A DNA stretch of 64,000 nt from Candidatus Bathyarchaeota archaeon (GTDB taxonomy: Archaea; Thermoproteota; Bathyarchaeia; Bathyarchaeales; Bathycorpusculaceae). A program made the position numbers and the translations under genes. Shown piece after piece: positions 9,563 to 19,282 of this stretch (position 1 is its first letter; each line of letters opens with the position of its first letter). The stretch spans positions 93,321 to 157,320 of the forward strand of contig JAOZHT010000004.1 in the NCBI GenBank assembly GCA_026014735.1. Direction: 5' to 3'. The notes beneath the pieces were generated by a model that was not told the DNA's origin, did no database searches, and worked only from the letters and a program-made list of their open reading frames with translations.

Positions 9563-10824
9563 TATGCTTTAACCTCCAGGGGACTGGTGATTTTGCCGGT
9601 TAACGCGGATGCTGCGACCGTGGCAGGTGAGGCTAAGTAGACGTTGGCTTGGGTGCTGCCCATGCGCCCGATGAAGTTACGATTCGATGTGGCCAGGCAT
9701 GTTTCTCCCGCTGCTAATAAGCCGATGTGGCCGCCTAGACAGGGACCGCATGCGCTGCCGCAGACGATGGCGCCTGCTTCAGTGAAGATTTGTAGCAATC
9801 CCTCATCGTTTGCCTGTTTCCAGACTTCCTGCGATGCGGGGATAACTAGGGCGCGGACGCCTTCTTTGACTTTTTTGCCCTTCATAACCTGCGCCGCTAA
9901 CTGCAGGTCCTCCAGTCTACCGTTGGTGCAGCTTCCGATGAAAGCCTGATCAATCGGCACGTCCCCAACTTCAGAGACGGGTTTAACGTTGTCAACTGAA
10001 CTCGGACAGGCAATCTGAGGCTCCAGTTTAGCTACGTCGAATTCAACGGTGCGCTCATAACTGGCGTCTTTGTCGCTTTGCAGTGCTTTGAAGTCAGGTA
10101 ACTCTTTAACTCTGCCTGATAGGAACTCGGCTGTTGCTTGGTCGGGGGCGATTATGCCGTTTTTGGCACCCATCTCCACCGCCATGTTGCACAGCGTCAT
10201 TCTGCCCGCTATGCTCATCGCTTTGATAGTTGCCCCCGTGAACTCGGCGGCTCTGTATATGGCGCCGTCAACGCTCAATGTGCCAATGATGTTTAATATC
10301 AGGTCTTTGGGGGAAACGAAGCGTTGGAATTTGCCCTTCACATCTACCTTGATGGTTGAGGGCACCTTGAACCAGATTTTGCCCGTCGCCATAACCGCCG
10401 CTGCCTCTGTGCTGCCGATGCCGGTGGCGAATGCGCCAAAGGCGCCATAGGTGCAGGTGTGGCTGTCTGCGCCCACGATAACGTTGCCAGGTAGAACATG
10501 TCCGTTCTCAGGCATTACTTGGTGGCAGATGCCGCCTCGGCCGACCTCGTAGAAACGGAGGTTCTGGGTTTTGGCGAAGCCGCGCATGGTTTTGTGGAGC
10601 TCCGCTGCTTTCACGGATTCCGCGGGGACCTGATGGTCCAAGATTACAACTACTTTTTTGTTATCCCAAACTTTTGGGGTTCCTATTTTTTTGAATGCCT
10701 CCACCGCTAAGGGGCCAGTTAAGTCATGCACCATAACCATGTCGACGTTGCAGTCGACTATTTCGCCTGGATGCACTTCTTTTTTGGCTGCGGCTTTAGC
10801 TAAGATTTTTTCTGTAATGTTCAT
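9562..10824 (-). CDS. leuC: 3-isopropylmalate dehydratase large subunit
   Basis: GADSHTCTYG, GSCTNGR, CGPCLG, SNRNF. Confidence 0.96.
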   Translation of the reverse strand: MNITEKILAKAAAKKEVHPGEIVDCNVDMVMVHDLTGPLAVEAFKKIGTPKVWDNKKVVVILDHQVPAESVKAAELHKTMRGFAKTQNLRFYEVGRGGICHQVMPENGHVLPGNVIVGADSHTCTYGAFGAFATGIGSTEAAAVMATGKIWFKVPSTIKVDVKGKFQRFVSPKDLILNIIGTLSVDGAIYRAAEFTGATIKAMSIAGRMTLCNMAVEMGAKNGIIAPDQATAEFLSGRVKELPDFKALQSDKDASYERTVEFDVAKLEPQIACPSSVDNVKPVSEVGDVPIDQAFIGSCTNGRLEDLQLAAQVMKGKKVKEGVRALVIPASQEVWKQANDEGLLQIFTEAGAIVCGSACGPCLGGHIGLLAAGETCLATSNRNFIGRMGSTQANVYLASPATVAASALTGKITSPLEVKA

Positions 10825-10918
10825 CTTTCTCTAGTCCTTGAATTATTCTAATCAGAGATGAGATAAGGGCAATTTCTAAAGAACAGACAATTAAGTATTT
10901 CCGCCATGGAAAGGCTGT

Positions 10919-11431
10919 TTATTCGTCGATTCTTATCGATTTTGCGCCTCGTGCCAACGCTGTTATGCCAGTGCGGGCAAGCTCAATGATGCCGAAGGTC
11001 TTCATGAGGTTAAGGAACGCGTCGATTTTGTCGGGTGTGCCAGTGATTTCCACGGTTAAGCTGTCGAAGGAGACATCGATGATTCTGCCCCGGAAGACAT
11101 CCACGAAGTTTATGGTGTCACTGCGTTCTTTAGCATCCTTAACTGCAACCTTAACCAAGGCAAGCTCACGCATGACAAAGTTACCCTGCTCAAGTTCGCC
11201 GACTTTCAGCACGTCGATTTGCTTGGCTACCTGCTTTATGACTTGGTCAACGGTTTTTTCGTCCTCGTTAACAGTGATGGTCATACGGGCAATGTCTGCT
11301 TGCTCGGTGGGTCCAACGGTTATGGATTCGATGTTGAAGTTTCGGCGCCTAAACAGGTTCGCAATCATGTGTAGGACACCGGGTTTGTTTTCGACTAGCA
11401 CAGATATGACTTTGGTTTTTCCAGCTTCCAT
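10919..11431 (-). CDS. ilvN: Acetolactate synthase small subunit
   Basis: ENKPGVL..LFRRRNFNIESI, ELARTG. Start re-called at MEAGK. Confidence 0.95.
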   Translation of the reverse strand: MEAGKTKVISVLVENKPGVLHMIANLFRRRNFNIESITVGPTEQADIARMTITVNEDEKTVDQVIKQVAKQIDVLKVGELEQGNFVMRELALVKVAVKDAKERSDTINFVDVFRGRIIDVSFDSLTVEITGTPDKIDAFLNLMKTFGIIELARTGITALARGAKSIRIDE

Positions 11432-11432
11432 C

Positions 11433-13139
11433 TTAGTAGTCTCCTCTCTGCTGTGGTAGACCGCAGCCCGGCGGCACAAATGGCACGACGTCGGTTTCTG
11501 AGCCGATGGGCACATCGATCACCGTCGTAACATTACTAGCGAGTGCTGTCTTAACTGCTTTTTGGAACTCCTCGATGCTGCCCACGCGGAATCCCTCTGC
11601 ACCGTAGGCTTGTGCCAGCTTAACCATATCGGGGGACTTGCCTAATTTGACGGCGTTGTAGCGGCGCTCATAAAGGGTTCTCTGCCACTGCGCCACCATA
11701 CCTAACACACCGTTGTTTAGCACGATAACCACCACGGGGAGGTTCTCTGTAACACTGCATGCCAGCTCCTGCTCGGACATGATGAAGCTGCCGTCGCCTG
11801 CAATGTCCACGACGGGCTGGCTGGGACACGCGGCTTTGGCGCCTATGGCTGCGGGGAAACCAAAGCCCATGGTTCCAAGTCCGCCGCTGCTGATGAAGGT
11901 GCGGGGTTTAAGGGCATTAAAGTACAGTGCAGACCACATCTGGTTCTGCCCCACTTCAGTGGTGACGATTCCGTTTTCCGGCAGAAGCTCACGTAACGCA
12001 AACAGCAGATGCTTGGGAACAACGTCGAGGGGGCGATCCTTCAGCAGGGGGCTCAGTTGCTCCTTGGTCTCTTTAACCCGCTTTGTCCAGGCAGTGCCTT
12101 CGCCTTTTTTGAGCTTCTCTTGAGTGGCTTGCAGCAGCGCCCGCATGGCTTTCTTGGCGTCCGCCACTATGGGCACATCTATCTCGATGTTCTTGTTGAT
12201 TTCTGCATTATCGATTTCTATATGTATCTTTTTGGCGTCGGGTGCGAAGGTGTCAAGATTAGCGGTTGCGCGGTCGCTGAAGCGTGTGCCCACTGCCAGC
12301 AGCACATCTGCCTCGCCGATTAGCCTGTTGGCTGCGGGGTTACCATGCATGCCTATGCTGCCCAGCGACAGCGGATGCCCCTCGGGGAACGCTCCTTTAC
12401 CCATAAACGTAGTTGCCACCGGCGCCATCAGCAAATCAGACATCGCCACGATTTCGTCAGATGCCCCTGAAGAGATAACGCCTCCTCCTGCCAGTATGAT
12501 GGGACGCTCTGCTTTAGCCAGCAAATCTGAGGCTTCGCTGATCTTTTGCGGTTTGGGTTCGGTGACTAGTTTGTAGCCTCGTAGGCTGATTTTGTTGGTG
12601 GGTTCAACCTCTGCTATGCCTGCCTGAATGTTCTTAGGCAAATCAATTAGAACAGGCCCAGGACGCCCTGTGGAGGCCAAGTAGAAGGCGTTGTTAACCA
12701 TCTGGGGGATTTCGTCTATTCGGCGGGGCTGGTAGCTGTATTTGGTGACTGCGGTGGCTATGCCGATGATGTCGGCTTCCTGGAAGGCGTCTTTGCCAAT
12801 CATGTAGCTGGTGTTGACGCCGCTGGATGGCACCTGCCCCGTTAACGCAACAACCGGCGAAGAGTCCATGTAGGCGTTAGCGATGCCTGTGACTAGGTTG
12901 GTGGCTCCGGGGCCGCTGGTTGCCATGCAGACACCGACGCGTCCACTTGCCTTAGCGTAGCCTTCAGCTTCATGCGCCGCGCATTGTTCATGGCGTGCGA
13001 GGACGTGGCGGATTTTGGGGTGGCTGCAGAGTTCGTCGTATACTGGAAGGATAGCTCCGCCTAAGATGCCGAAGATTATGTCCACTTTTTGTCTTTCAAG
13101 GGATTCTAGTAGTGCCTGGGCACCGTTCATTTTAGTCAT
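11433..13139 (-). CDS. ilvB: Acetolactate synthase large subunit
   Basis: RHEQ, TSGPGATN, SGGLGTMGFG, GDGSF TPP motif. Confidence 0.97.
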   Translation of the reverse strand: MTKMNGAQALLESLERQKVDIIFGILGGAILPVYDELCSHPKIRHVLARHEQCAAHEAEGYAKASGRVGVCMATSGPGATNLVTGIANAYMDSSPVVALTGQVPSSGVNTSYMIGKDAFQEADIIGIATAVTKYSYQPRRIDEIPQMVNNAFYLASTGRPGPVLIDLPKNIQAGIAEVEPTNKISLRGYKLVTEPKPQKISEASDLLAKAERPIILAGGGVISSGASDEIVAMSDLLMAPVATTFMGKGAFPEGHPLSLGSIGMHGNPAANRLIGEADVLLAVGTRFSDRATANLDTFAPDAKKIHIEIDNAEINKNIEIDVPIVADAKKAMRALLQATQEKLKKGEGTAWTKRVKETKEQLSPLLKDRPLDVVPKHLLFALRELLPENGIVTTEVGQNQMWSALYFNALKPRTFISSGGLGTMGFGFPAAIGAKAACPSQPVVDIAGDGSFIMSEQELACSVTENLPVVVIVLNNGVLGMVAQWQRTLYERRYNAVKLGKSPDMVKLAQAYGAEGFRVGSIEEFQKAVKTALASNVTTVIDVPIGSETDVVPFVPPGCGLPQQRGDY

Positions 13140-13340
13140 GTCTACTCATGGTCTCCTGTTCTGTTTTATGGGATAGACTCTTGTCTGAAAAAGAAAAATG
13201 CGCTGAAAACTGTGCGGCTGATTCAGAGGGCAAGCTAGGCATATTAGAATATCTGTACCCGACGATCCCAGCTATTGAGGTGACGATCCCTCATATTCAA
13301 TCCTCACGTATCCCAAACGTAAGCCATGTTTACATAAAAA
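13140..13340 (-). promoter_or_regulatory. Long structured 5' leader of the ilv-leu-phe operon with a 16-aa uORF (13244-13294)
   Basis: TATA-like TTTTTATGTAAA near 13329-13340; SD-like GTGAGGA; uORF MRDRHLNSWDRRVQIF; several complementary segments and a U-tract. Confidence 0.5.
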
Positions 13341-13489
13341 GATTGTGGTGTATGTTCCACTTGGGTTGCAGTGCACAGCGGAAAACTTGCCATCAAGTTA
13401 ATACCTGCCGCAACCAGGGAGCCAACAGGTAACCGAATCGGCTGGCTTTGGAGGCTTTCTGCGGCAAGACACAGCTGAGCGGCTACGTG

Positions 13490-14287
13490 TTACTCCTGAT
13501 GGATTTCCTTAGCGGTGGCCCATTTGGTTTCTACGTAATGAGTAAGCAAATGCAGAAGCGCATAGTTAGTGGTCCAGAGAGCAGGGGATTCTGCAGCGTC
13601 ATAGGAGGGCATAGTTGCAATACATGCCGCTTCATTATCGTACACCCCGAATCTTACGTTGGATAGGTCAGGGCTGAAACGCAGTTTAAAATTGGGATAA
13701 CCCAACAGCTCAACTGTGCTGGCGGCAAGTTTGGTTTCATTTTGCTCTTGGGAAAGACAGCGCACCTCAACGCCTCGATCCAAAGCATGCTTAACCGCTT
13801 CCTGTAACGTAAAAAGCCACTGGGTCAACTCACGCCAAGGAGCAACGAAAACCAGATCACTCTTGGTCTGCTGAACCGTTTCCTTTATTCTTTGAATACA
13901 CGTTTCCTTCCGTGGAATCATAACGAACTGATGCATTGTATCCCAATGCGCCCCTTCATCAGTTCGATAAGGCAACAGGAACGTTTTAGCTTCATTAACC
14001 AGAGCTTCTGTTTTTGTTTTTCTTCTCTGCGCTAAGATAGCGACCACTTGCATTATGGGGACTGCCCTATACAGAACTGGTTTTCCAATTACAACTTCTA
14101 CTAAACTGAGCTGTTGGAGCTCGGTTAATGTATGATAGATGTCTTGTCGAGTGATGTTTGCGGAGGCGCTTATCATTTTGGCGTCAGATGCAGTAGGTAG
14201 CCTGCAGAGTGCGATGTATGTTCTTGCTTGTACACTTGTGAGTCCTAATTCTTGGAGAATTTTTGTGCCATGGCTAAGTTGTGACAA
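13490..14287 (-). CDS. TrmB-family transcriptional regulator
   Basis: LQELGLTSVQARTYIAL N-terminal HTH; C-terminal PLD-like sensor region (ALDRGVEVR, FGVYD). Confidence 0.85.
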   Translation of the reverse strand: MSQLSHGTKILQELGLTSVQARTYIALCRLPTASDAKMISASANITRQDIYHTLTELQQLSLVEVVIGKPVLYRAVPIMQVVAILAQRRKTKTEALVNEAKTFLLPYRTDEGAHWDTMHQFVMIPRKETCIQRIKETVQQTKSDLVFVAPWRELTQWLFTLQEAVKHALDRGVEVRCLSQEQNETKLAASTVELLGYPNFKLRFSPDLSNVRFGVYDNEAACIATMPSYDAAESPALWTTNYALLHLLTHYVETKWATAKEIHQE

Positions 14288-14544
14288 TTCGCAGTCTTCT
14301 TATTGTGTTGTAGTGACTTTTCATATATAACTGGCTCACTTCCTGTGAATACAAGAACATGTAAACAAATAGCTATCGCTAAGAGGATATATTAAATAGC
14401 TTTAACAGATTAAAATCTAAATTTGAATTTTTTTGTTCAATGTTGTAAGTGGGGGAGCCTTCTTGATACATTTTATTAAAAAATTCCCTCGATTTAATCA
14501 GAATAAAGTAAGCTCAGCTTACTCAAGAAACAGGAGAAAACAAA

Positions 14545-16941
14545 ATGGAAAAAAACAAATTAAAAAAGGCAACAGCCATAAGCATTACATTGCTATTTCT
14601 GGCATCAAGTTTACTAATAGTAGGCACAACAGCGCAGACAGAAAGAAAATTCACGCCCTACCTCAGCTTTAGACCCAACCCCGTCGGAGTAGATCAAACG
14701 GTACTGGTGAACTTTTGGACATCCCCCTCATACAACGTCCAGCTCCATGACTATACCATTACAATCACAGACCCCAACGGCAAAAAAGAAGTCATAAAAA
14801 TGGATCCAGTCAAGACAGATGCAACCGCATGGTTTGAGTTCGTACCTGAAATCGTCGGCAACTACACGCTCCAATTCACTCACCCCAAGGAAACAATCGA
14901 AAACTTCACCTATCCCGAGGTAGCCACCAAAGAGCAGCTGCTCGTAGTTCAAGAAGAACCCGTCGCAAATTGGCCTTCGACTCCACTTCCAACTGATTAT
15001 TGGACTAGACCAATATCGTTTTTGAATCGAGAATGGTGGCCTATAACAGGTGACTGGCCATGGTATGGGTCTGGAACAGTGGATCCTTTATGGTACCAGT
15101 ACAACCCTGACACGAACCCGACTTGGAACGCAATTTACCGTTTCACACCATGGGTTCAAGGACCAGAAAGCGCCCACATTGCATGGAAACGGCAGCTTAC
15201 CTTAGGCGGGTTAATGGGCGGAGACTACGCTATCGGCGTGGAAAACCTCGACATCTATTCCCAGAGCACTTCATGGGCTAGACCCGACATTATCTATGAC
15301 GGACGAGCATACCAAACCTACACTAAAGCCGGCGCAGGGCCAGCAGCAGCCTCTTACTGGGGATGCTATGACACCCGCACAGGCGCATTAATCTGGGAAC
15401 GGGCACTGGCAACCGGCGAAACCTCACCGCTATACATTGAGTACCAAGCAAAAATCAAGCCCTCAGGCGGCGGCGACGCGGAATCAGCAGGCGCACTGCT
15501 CTTAGCCATCAGCGGCGGATACATGAGAAAATATGATCCCTTCACTGGAGCCATGTCAGTTAACCGTACACTCCCCGGTAACCTAACAGGAACAGGCGGC
15601 ACCTACTACATGAATGCTCACTGCCTCTACGTACAAAACCTAGGCAACTCGATACCCGCAGACCAACGATACCGCTTAATTAACTGGACAACAAGCGGCA
15701 ACGGTGCAATCGTAAGCAACACTAGCTATGCACGAAGCGCTCTGCCAACCTACATCGACTGGAACGTAGGTAAAGGCGCAGTAGTAACAACCGGCAACGT
15801 AGAAGGCGTTAACCTGCTAACAGGCGCGTCTCTTTGGAATGCAACCTTCACCGAAACTCAATGGCAAACAGTACACATCGCTGACCACGGAAAAATTGCT
15901 GTTCTAATGTACGGCGGATACTGGAAAGCATGGAACCTAAACAGCGGACAGCTAGAATGGACAAGCGAAAAAATGGATTATCCTTGGGATGAACCTCCGT
16001 TTGGCGCTTACGCGACAATGTCTGCTTACGGTCTACTTCTGCGTCCCGGCTACTCGAAGATTTACGCATTCAACTGGTCTACAGGCGCGATACAGTGGAC
16101 ATACACGGCACCGGCGAAGTACCCATACGATTCACCCTACGTTAACTCGGAAGGCGAAAGCGTATATCCCTGGAACGTTGAAGGCTGGATCGCTGACGGA
16201 AAACTATACATGTACAACACCGAGCACTCAGCCACTGTACCCATCACCCGAGGCTGGGGACTCCACTGCATAAACATGACAACAGGCGAAGGCATATGGA
16301 ACGTAACAATATCTGGCGCAGCATCCAAACACAGTTCAGACCTGCGTGTTGTCGCTGAAGGATACCTATTCCACTTTAGCGGCGACGGCTACATGTACGT
16401 CTTCGGCAAGGGCCTAAGTGAAACAACAGTTGCTGCGCCCGCGTCGGCGGTAAAGGTAGGCGAAGCTTTCACCATAACCGGCACAGTCTTGGATATGTCA
16501 CCGGCACAGGAAGGAACCCCCGCTATATCTGACGAATACATGGGTTCGTGGATGGAGTACATACACCTGCAGCAGGCAAAACCGGCAGATGCAACAGGCG
16601 TAACTGTAACCTTAACAGCCATCGACCCCAACAACAACTACATCAACCTCGGAGAAGCCACAACCAACACCGATGGAACCTACGGCTTTTCGTGGGCTCC
16701 CGAAGTCCCCGGATTATACCGCATCACCGCAACCTTCGCAGGCACCGACAGCTATGGCAGTTCAAGTGCAACAACCTACATGTCCGCAGTTTATCCCCCC
16801 GACAACAGCACACCGGTACCAACACCTGAACCTCCATCAATGGCTGACCTGTATTTCGTACCTGCTATCGCTGGCATGATGGCGATGATTCTGATAATCG
16901 GCGCCGTACTTGCCATCTTAGTGCTGAAGAAGCGTCCATAG
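14545..16941 (+). CDS. Secreted, C-terminally anchored PQQ-like beta-propeller surface protein
   Basis: Signal peptide; repeated 'D/N-x-x-TG-x-x-x-W' propeller blades; Ig-like C-terminal domain; Pro/Thr linker, TM helix, KKRP tail. Confidence 0.85.
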   Translation: MEKNKLKKATAISITLLFLASSLLIVGTTAQTERKFTPYLSFRPNPVGVDQTVLVNFWTSPSYNVQLHDYTITITDPNGKKEVIKMDPVKTDATAWFEFVPEIVGNYTLQFTHPKETIENFTYPEVATKEQLLVVQEEPVANWPSTPLPTDYWTRPISFLNREWWPITGDWPWYGSGTVDPLWYQYNPDTNPTWNAIYRFTPWVQGPESAHIAWKRQLTLGGLMGGDYAIGVENLDIYSQSTSWARPDIIYDGRAYQTYTKAGAGPAAASYWGCYDTRTGALIWERALATGETSPLYIEYQAKIKPSGGGDAESAGALLLAISGGYMRKYDPFTGAMSVNRTLPGNLTGTGGTYYMNAHCLYVQNLGNSIPADQRYRLINWTTSGNGAIVSNTSYARSALPTYIDWNVGKGAVVTTGNVEGVNLLTGASLWNATFTETQWQTVHIADHGKIAVLMYGGYWKAWNLNSGQLEWTSEKMDYPWDEPPFGAYATMSAYGLLLRPGYSKIYAFNWSTGAIQWTYTAPAKYPYDSPYVNSEGESVYPWNVEGWIADGKLYMYNTEHSATVPITRGWGLHCINMTTGEGIWNVTISGAASKHSSDLRVVAEGYLFHFSGDGYMYVFGKGLSETTVAAPASAVKVGEAFTITGTVLDMSPAQEGTPAISDEYMGSWMEYIHLQQAKPADATGVTVTLTAIDPNNNYINLGEATTNTDGTYGFSWAPEVPGLYRITATFAGTDSYGSSSATTYMSAVYPPDNSTPVPTPEPPSMADLYFVPAIAGMMAMILIIGAVLAILVLKKRP

Positions 16942-16968
16942 AGAAGCAATTTCTCTTTCCCTTTTTTG
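16940..16968 (+). terminator. Hairpin plus U-tract terminator
   Basis: AGAGAA-GCAAT-TTCTCT followed by TTCCCTTTTTT right at the stop codon. Confidence 0.6.
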
Positions 16969-17018
16969 GATAATTTAATTAACGAAACATAAATCAACAC
17001 ATCATATTGTGTCTGCGC

Positions 17019-18191
17019 ATGCAAAAGAAACAAAGAATGTTCATGTTCACGTTGGTTTCGCTGATGCTGCTGACGACGGCGACGTTGTTTAGCGGGCTCC
17101 AGTCAGCGGCGGGCAGCACAACAATATACATACTGACAGATGGAACAGTAACCCCTCCGGATGAATCGATACAGCGAAGCGGCAACGTCTACGTTCTTGT
17201 GGGCAACGTATCTGCCGAGATAGTGGTGGAGAAAAACAACATAATCCTAGATGGGAACGGCTATTTCTTGGGGGGCTCAGGGGATGGAACCGGAGTTTGT
17301 TTGTGTGGAAGAGAAAACGTGACGGTGAAGAACCTGCAGATATGTGATTTTGCCTTCGGCATCTTTCTGGGGGGTTTAGGCTGCTACTCCAGCTACAACA
17401 GCATAGTCAACAACAACATCACCCGATGCACCAGCGACGGCTTATACTTTGACTACTACTCAAACTATAACAACGTAACAGGCAACGTTGTGGCAGAAAA
17501 CAACAATGGCATTTACCTTTACTGCTCAAGCAGCAACAGCATCTTGCGAAACAACGTCATCGCAAACAACTATGAGGGCATCTCGCTTAGCTACTCCTCA
17601 AACGGCAACAGCATAACGGAAAACAACGTTGCAGGCAGCTGGTTTGGGGTCTCTTTGGAGCATGTAGCCGACAACAGATTCTACCTGAATAACTTTGTTG
17701 AAAACACCTATCAAACACACATATCCGCATGTCAGGGGAATGCATGGGACAACGGGTTCCGCGGCAACTACTGGAGCGGCTATAGCGGCTCAGACGCAAA
17801 CAGCGACGGCGTAGGCGACCAACCCTACATCATCGACGCAGCCAACACCGACCGTTATCCGTTAACAAGCAAAACAAGCAGTTACCCAGCGTATCTACCC
17901 CAATCAACCCCAAATCAGCCGCAGCAAAGCCCCGCCGCCACAGCCACCGCGGCTCCGCCTGACCCAACCGAGCAAACCAGCAAAGCAACCCAAGAACCCG
18001 GCAAACCCACGCCAAAACAAAGCCCAAGCAGCACCCCACCGGTCAGCGCCGAACCTACAGAAGCCTCACCGCAGGAATCGACCATAAACGAGATTTTGCC
18101 TTGGCTACTATGTTCAGTTGCTTTAGGAGTCAGCGGATTGCTTGTTTGGGGCGCTTGGAACCTATCCACTAAACATCGGGTTCACAGATAA
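17019..18191 (+). CDS. NosD/CASH parallel beta-helix surface protein
   Basis: Signal peptide, Asn-rich 'GIxL..SxxNxI..N' repeats, GNYWS..D.DGVGD.PY motif, P/T/S linker, TM anchor. Confidence 0.88.
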   Translation: MQKKQRMFMFTLVSLMLLTTATLFSGLQSAAGSTTIYILTDGTVTPPDESIQRSGNVYVLVGNVSAEIVVEKNNIILDGNGYFLGGSGDGTGVCLCGRENVTVKNLQICDFAFGIFLGGLGCYSSYNSIVNNNITRCTSDGLYFDYYSNYNNVTGNVVAENNNGIYLYCSSSNSILRNNVIANNYEGISLSYSSNGNSITENNVAGSWFGVSLEHVADNRFYLNNFVENTYQTHISACQGNAWDNGFRGNYWSGYSGSDANSDGVGDQPYIIDAANTDRYPLTSKTSSYPAYLPQSTPNQPQQSPAATATAAPPDPTEQTSKATQEPGKPTPKQSPSSTPPVSAEPTEASPQESTINEILPWLLCSVALGVSGLLVWGAWNLSTKHRVHR

Positions 18192-18220
18192 AGCCGCAGG
18201 ACATTTCGAAAAGTATTTTT

Positions 18221-18253
18221 GAAAAGAAAAAATAGAGGGAAATTGGTTTTCCC
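18221..18253 (-). terminator. Hairpin plus U-tract terminator of the remnant gene
   Basis: Minus strand GGGAAA-ACCAA-TTTCCC then TCTATTTTTTCTTTTC. Confidence 0.65.
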
Positions 18254-18271
18254 GATTGTTTAGGTGACGTT

Positions 18272-18433
18272 TCAGCGTTTTCTGACTGCCATCAGGATGA
18301 CTGCGCCCACGATCGCGATTGCCGCGATTATGGCTGCGGTTGCACCCAAGATGTAGGTGTCAGTGTTTGAGGCTGGAGCTTCTGGTGCCGGTGTCGGGGT
18401 AGCTGGGGCGGGGTCGACTGCAAAGGAAGACCA
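18272..18433 (-). pseudogene. Orphan C-terminal linker/TM/basic tail of a surface protein
   Basis: SSFAVDPAPATPTPAPEAPASNTDTYILGATAAIIAAIAIVGAVILMAVRKR mirrors the tail of 14545..16941; sequence turns AT-rich and non-coding-like just upstream. Confidence 0.7.
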
Positions 18434-18654
18434 TATTTTAGAAATATAGAAGCAATTTTGCGCAATACACTTATAATTCGCCATTTCCAAGGCAAGGTAG
18501 ATTCATATAAAGAAAAGAGTAATCATGTTTTACAAAGAATGATACTGCCCCAATGGCTAAGTGGCAGATAGAAACAAATTTTTTCAGCAATCCAAGTTAA
18601 CTATGCCAAGATATTTATGGGAGTGAAAAACTCACAGTTAAGAGGTGAATAACT

Positions 18655-19251
18655 GTGTCTTCAGAAGGCGAAGATTTCCCAGATTGGTTCAAGAAGCGCC
18701 GCAGCCCATCCAAAGACCCCTTCTTCGGCGACATCGACGACATGTTCCGCGAGATGGAGAAAATGATGGATGAGGAGCTTAAAAGCTTCACAGAAAAAGT
18801 GCCCAAGGAATACGTTAAGGAACGCCAGTTACCCGACGGCAGCACCGTTAAGGAACTGGGCCCATTCGTTTACGGGTACAGCATGAAAATCGGACCCGAC
18901 GGCAAACCCGAAATCCAAGAGTTCGGCAACATCAAAAAAGGCCTCAAAGGTCCCCCGCAGGTTAAGGAGGAACGGGAGCCGCTGGTGGACACCATGGAAA
19001 CCGCAGCTGAGGTACGGGTGGTGGCTGAGTTGCCGGGCGTGGAGAAAACCGACATCAAGCTGCATGGAACCGAGGATTCGCTGGATATCTCGGTGGATAC
19101 GCCGCAGTACAAGTACTATAAGGAAGTAGCATTGCCCGTTAAGGTTAAAGTCAAAGAGGCCCGCTCCACCTACAAGAACGGGGTGCTTGAAGTGGTTTTG
19201 CCTAAAGCTGAGGGCTCTAAACCCAAAGGCGAACCCATAGATGTAGGCTAA
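18655..19251 (+). CDS. hsp20: Archaeal small heat-shock protein Hsp20
   Basis: GPFVYGYSMKIGPDGKP, REPLVD, AELPGVEK, YKNGVLEV; SD GAGGTG. Confidence 0.95.
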   Translation: MSSEGEDFPDWFKKRRSPSKDPFFGDIDDMFREMEKMMDEELKSFTEKVPKEYVKERQLPDGSTVKELGPFVYGYSMKIGPDGKPEIQEFGNIKKGLKGPPQVKEEREPLVDTMETAAEVRVVAELPGVEKTDIKLHGTEDSLDISVDTPQYKYYKEVALPVKVKVKEARSTYKNGVLEVVLPKAEGSKPKGEPIDVG

Positions 19252-19282
19252 AAACCTAAATGTCTTAGCATTTCATAGTAGC

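Noticed and set aside
13148..13432. 94-aa plus-strand ORF over the ilvB leader
   Set aside because: No SD or recognisable motif, antisense to the operon's promoter and leader.
14349..14360. 12-mer ATACAAGAACAT shared with 37429-37440 (upstream of TrmB and of SemiSWEET), a tempting TrmB regulon motif
   Set aside because: A single non-palindromic AT-rich 12-mer match is expected by chance at this sequence length.
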